Shown: piece by piece, positions 62,269 to 64,000 of the stretch | Layout of the letters: each line of letters opens with the position of its first letter | Position numbering within the stretch: position 1 is the stretch's first letter | Source of the DNA: Anaerolineaceae bacterium | GTDB lineage: Bacteria > Chloroflexota > Anaerolineae > Anaerolineales > Anaerolineaceae | Reading direction: 5' to 3' | Assembly (NCBI GenBank): GCA_037445245.1 | Contig: JBBIKU010000001.1 | Coordinates: forward strand, 6,104 to 70,103 | Length of the DNA: 64,000 nucleotides | Program-made: the position numbers and the translations under genes | Notes under the pieces: generated by a model | The model's database searches: none | What the model was told of the DNA's origin: nothing | Seen by the model: the letters and a program-made list of their open reading frames with translations, nothing else

Positions 62269-64000
62269 ATGATCAAGACAACGCTCCAGGGGTGGTGGCA
62301 TTCCAGGGCAATCCGGGGTATCAAAGCCAGGAAGAACGTCTTTATTGCGCTCGCCCTCGTGCTATCGATGGTGGGCGCAATGTTGAATATCCGCCCTGCC
62401 ACAGCGGCTCCTTCGCTGACAGTTGAACCTATTACCTGGAATGTGATCGGACTGGATTCCAACAATGTCAATGTCGGGCCGAACAACTTTCCGGTAGGGG
62501 CGCGGGTTTGCAACACCGACCCGGCGACAGCCGCGACCAATGTGACCGCCGTCTTTGTATGGGATGACGGGAAGGATCTGTACTCCGGTCACCCCTTCAT
62601 CAACTTGCGCGCCGATTCTCTGAGTGAGATTACCCTGGCGACACTGACAGCCGGGGCGTGTAGCGACTTCTACTTTGAAGTCTCTGTCACCCGAGATTCA
62701 GGAGCCTATTTCAAGACCCGCCGTTTTCACATCGATGTTACTGCAGACGGGAGTATTGCACCCCTGTCGACGCCTCGACCACGCGAGATCTATGTGGAAC
62801 GCCTGATCTCCCAGAACCGCAACTCCACGCTGGATGTGCTTTTGGACGGCGTTTCCATCCCTGCTGGCGGAACAATGACCCTGATGGTGGGGCAGACCTA
62901 CACGATCAAGCTGATAGCAAAAACAGCGACCAATGGCTACGAACAGATACAGAGTTTCATTAACTTTCCCAACACCATCTTCCAGGTGCTGAACGTTGAC
63001 ACCACCTACACGGCAGAAACATCCCCTTACATGTCGCCTCCTTACGATATGCTCTATGGAAATGCCTGCCTGTGGGAGAACGACCCTAACAGCTCTAATT
63101 ACCGTTCCTGTATCGGTTCCGGGAAAGCGGGCGGTACCGTAACCGTCGAGTACACCGTGAAGATCATCGACGGCGGCCGCACTTCGCAGACACTCAACTC
63201 GCTTATCTATGATTTCTCGGGAGCCAGTTATCATTACAACAGCGATTATTCGGTCGGTGGGCGCATTGCCGCCATCGTTGATCCATCCAACCTCACCATT
63301 GCCAAAAAGTTCAACCCTGATCCGACCAACGAGGGCGGTGTTTCGCGCTTGACTTTCACCATCACCAATCCCAACGCGGCTGCGGTCAGCGGAATCAACT
63401 TCGAGGATACCTTTCCGGCTTCACCGGGGGCGATGGTGGTGGCTAACCCGCCCAATGCGGCTACAGCCGGCTGCGGTGCGCCCATTTTTTCGCCGGCTGC
63501 CGGAGCTTCTTCCATCGCCTTCTCGGATGGAACAATTGCAGCCAACGGCACCTGCTCGGTCAGCGTCAACGTGACCGTTCCCGTTGAGGGGACGTATGCG
63601 AATGTTTCCGATAATCTGTTCGTTGATGACCTTGATACCGGGGAATTCGCTGAAGCCACGCTGAACGTGAATAACGCGCCGCCGCCACCCGCCTGCACGC
63701 CGGGATTGGTGCTGGCGCGCTGGACGATGGCTCCTGCCCAGGGGACGGGAACTCCGCCACAGTACTCATTTAAAGCCTCAAACGTTGCCACTGCCGTAGC
63801 GAGGTTTATACCGTCGGCTTTACCGGGTGTGCAGATAATTAACACATCCGAAGGCAACCCGGTCAACTCCTGGTCCGGCACCGGCTGGGGCACCGAGACG
63901 ACCCCTGTAACAGCCGGGCCGGGACCCAACACTCCCTCGTACTTCGAGTTTGAACTGGACACCAGCCGTTACGCTGGCGGGCCATTGTTTATATCCATCG
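62269..64000 (+). CDS. Large secreted cell-surface protein, 5' part (continues beyond window)
   Basis: ATG 62269 follows AGGAGAGGG. I checked the frame codon by codon and it is open to nt 64000 (577 codons). It has a signal anchor ...VFIALALVLSMVGAMLNIRPATA, then Ig-like/DUF11-type repeat sequence (LTIAKKFNPDPTNEGGVSRLTFTITNPNAAAVSGINFEDTFP...GTCSVSVNVTVPVEGTYANVS). Confidence 0.75.
   Translation, partial: MIKTTLQGWWHSRAIRGIKARKNVFIALALVLSMVGAMLNIRPATAAPSLTVEPITWNVIGLDSNNVNVGPNNFPVGARVCNTDPATAATNVTAVFVWDDGKDLYSGHPFINLRADSLSEITLATLTAGACSDFYFEVSVTRDSGAYFKTRRFHIDVTADGSIAPLSTPRPREIYVERLISQNRNSTLDVLLDGVSIPAGGTMTLMVGQTYTIKLIAKTATNGYEQIQSFINFPNTIFQVLNVDTTYTAETSPYMSPPYDMLYGNACLWENDPNSSNYRSCIGSGKAGGTVTVEYTVKIIDGGRTSQTLNSLIYDFSGASYHYNSDYSVGGRIAAIVDPSNLTIAKKFNPDPTNEGGVSRLTFTITNPNAAAVSGINFEDTFPASPGAMVVANPPNAATAGCGAPIFSPAAGASSIAFSDGTIAANGTCSVSVNVTVPVEGTYANVSDNLFVDDLDTGEFAEATLNVNNAPPPPACTPGLVLARWTMAPAQGTGTPPQYSFKASNVATAVARFIPSALPGVQIINTSEGNPVNSWSGTGWGTETTPVTAGPGPNTPSYFEFELDTSRYAGGPLFISI

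Noticed and set aside
62223-63962. Minus-strand ORFs 62223-62540, 62698-63234 and 63246-63962 (105-238 aa).
   Set aside because: They lie antisense to a continuous plus-strand frame that has a good RBS, a signal peptide and recognisable repeat domains. Their products are low-complexity Ala/Gly/Pro/Arg-rich, as is typical of shadow ORFs in GC-rich DNA.
1-64000. Searched by eye for tRNA/rRNA genes, CRISPR repeat-spacer arrays, IS elements or transposases, and prophage blocks.
   Set aside because: None recognised. Intergenic regions are short except 19834-20520 and 42667-43817, and neither shows cloverleaf-like or regularly spaced direct-repeat structure other than the iteron array reported above. 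tRNAscan-SE, Infernal and CRISPR finders should confirm this.

Overview
Read by eye from the sequence and the ORF track; no searches were run. This is a high-GC bacterial segment: single 60-nt lines I counted give about 60 % G+C in native DNA, e.g. 29941-30000. It holds roughly 55 intact protein genes. I saw no rRNA, tRNA, CRISPR array or transposase. The protein signatures feel Chloroflexota/Anaerolineae-like, but that is an unverified impression.

Layout:
- 1-5 kb: metY 3' end, a frameshifted CPBP protease, a MoaD-like plus PreA-like pair, two tandem CBS-pair genes, and an orphan tyrosine recombinase.
- 5.1-16.6 kb: an 11-gene minus-strand operon with two DUF917 paralogues, an M29/NicX-like enzyme, an Opp/Dpp-type ABC importer, a nitroreductase and a tandem-fused hydantoin/Asp-Glu racemase. 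No canonical hydantoinase is present.
- 16.7-19.8 kb: SAM methyltransferase, MBOAT and a broken SGNH partner.
- 20.5-21.1 kb: a tail-anchored protein built from 15/16-residue repeats.
- 21.1-29.5 kb: rnfCDGEA, a Tat/NusG-II protein, apbE, rnfB, rseC and a PfkB kinase.
- 29.7-30.5 kb: a LOG-family gene.
- 30.5-33.1 kb: a sharply AT-rich islet (32-35 % G+C in counted lines) carrying a two-gene type II-like restriction-modification pair.
- 33-38.3 kb: a GH4 glycosidase, a heavily decayed ferric-reductase/FNR gene, an M50 protease with CBS domains, and a decayed GT-C-like membrane gene.
- 38.3-43.8 kb: a plasmid-like maintenance region. It has a DnaA-domain-I/RepA_N-like protein, a small ORF, an ExeA-like AAA+ ATPase, divergent ParA/ParB, a 26-bp palindrome, and a 1.2-kb AT-rich ORF-free stretch with an iteron-like array.
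- 43.8-47 kb: polysaccharide deacetylase, carrier protein and acyl-AMP ligase.
- 47-50.5 kb: a redox/O2-sensing cluster.
- 50.8-54.3 kb: a corrinoid protein, a Hcy-S-methyltransferase-like protein and a RACo activase.
- 54.4-56.1 kb: two more damaged genes.
- 56.2-61.9 kb: a FadR-like regulator with GlpD, an AgpS-like FAD oxidase and an FGGY kinase.
- 62.3 kb to the end: the start of a very large secreted surface protein.

The strongest candidates for something new are the replication/partition module with its iterons, the DUF917/racemase operon, the AT-rich R-M islet, the split MetH-like corrinoid module, and the unusually high load of disrupted genes.
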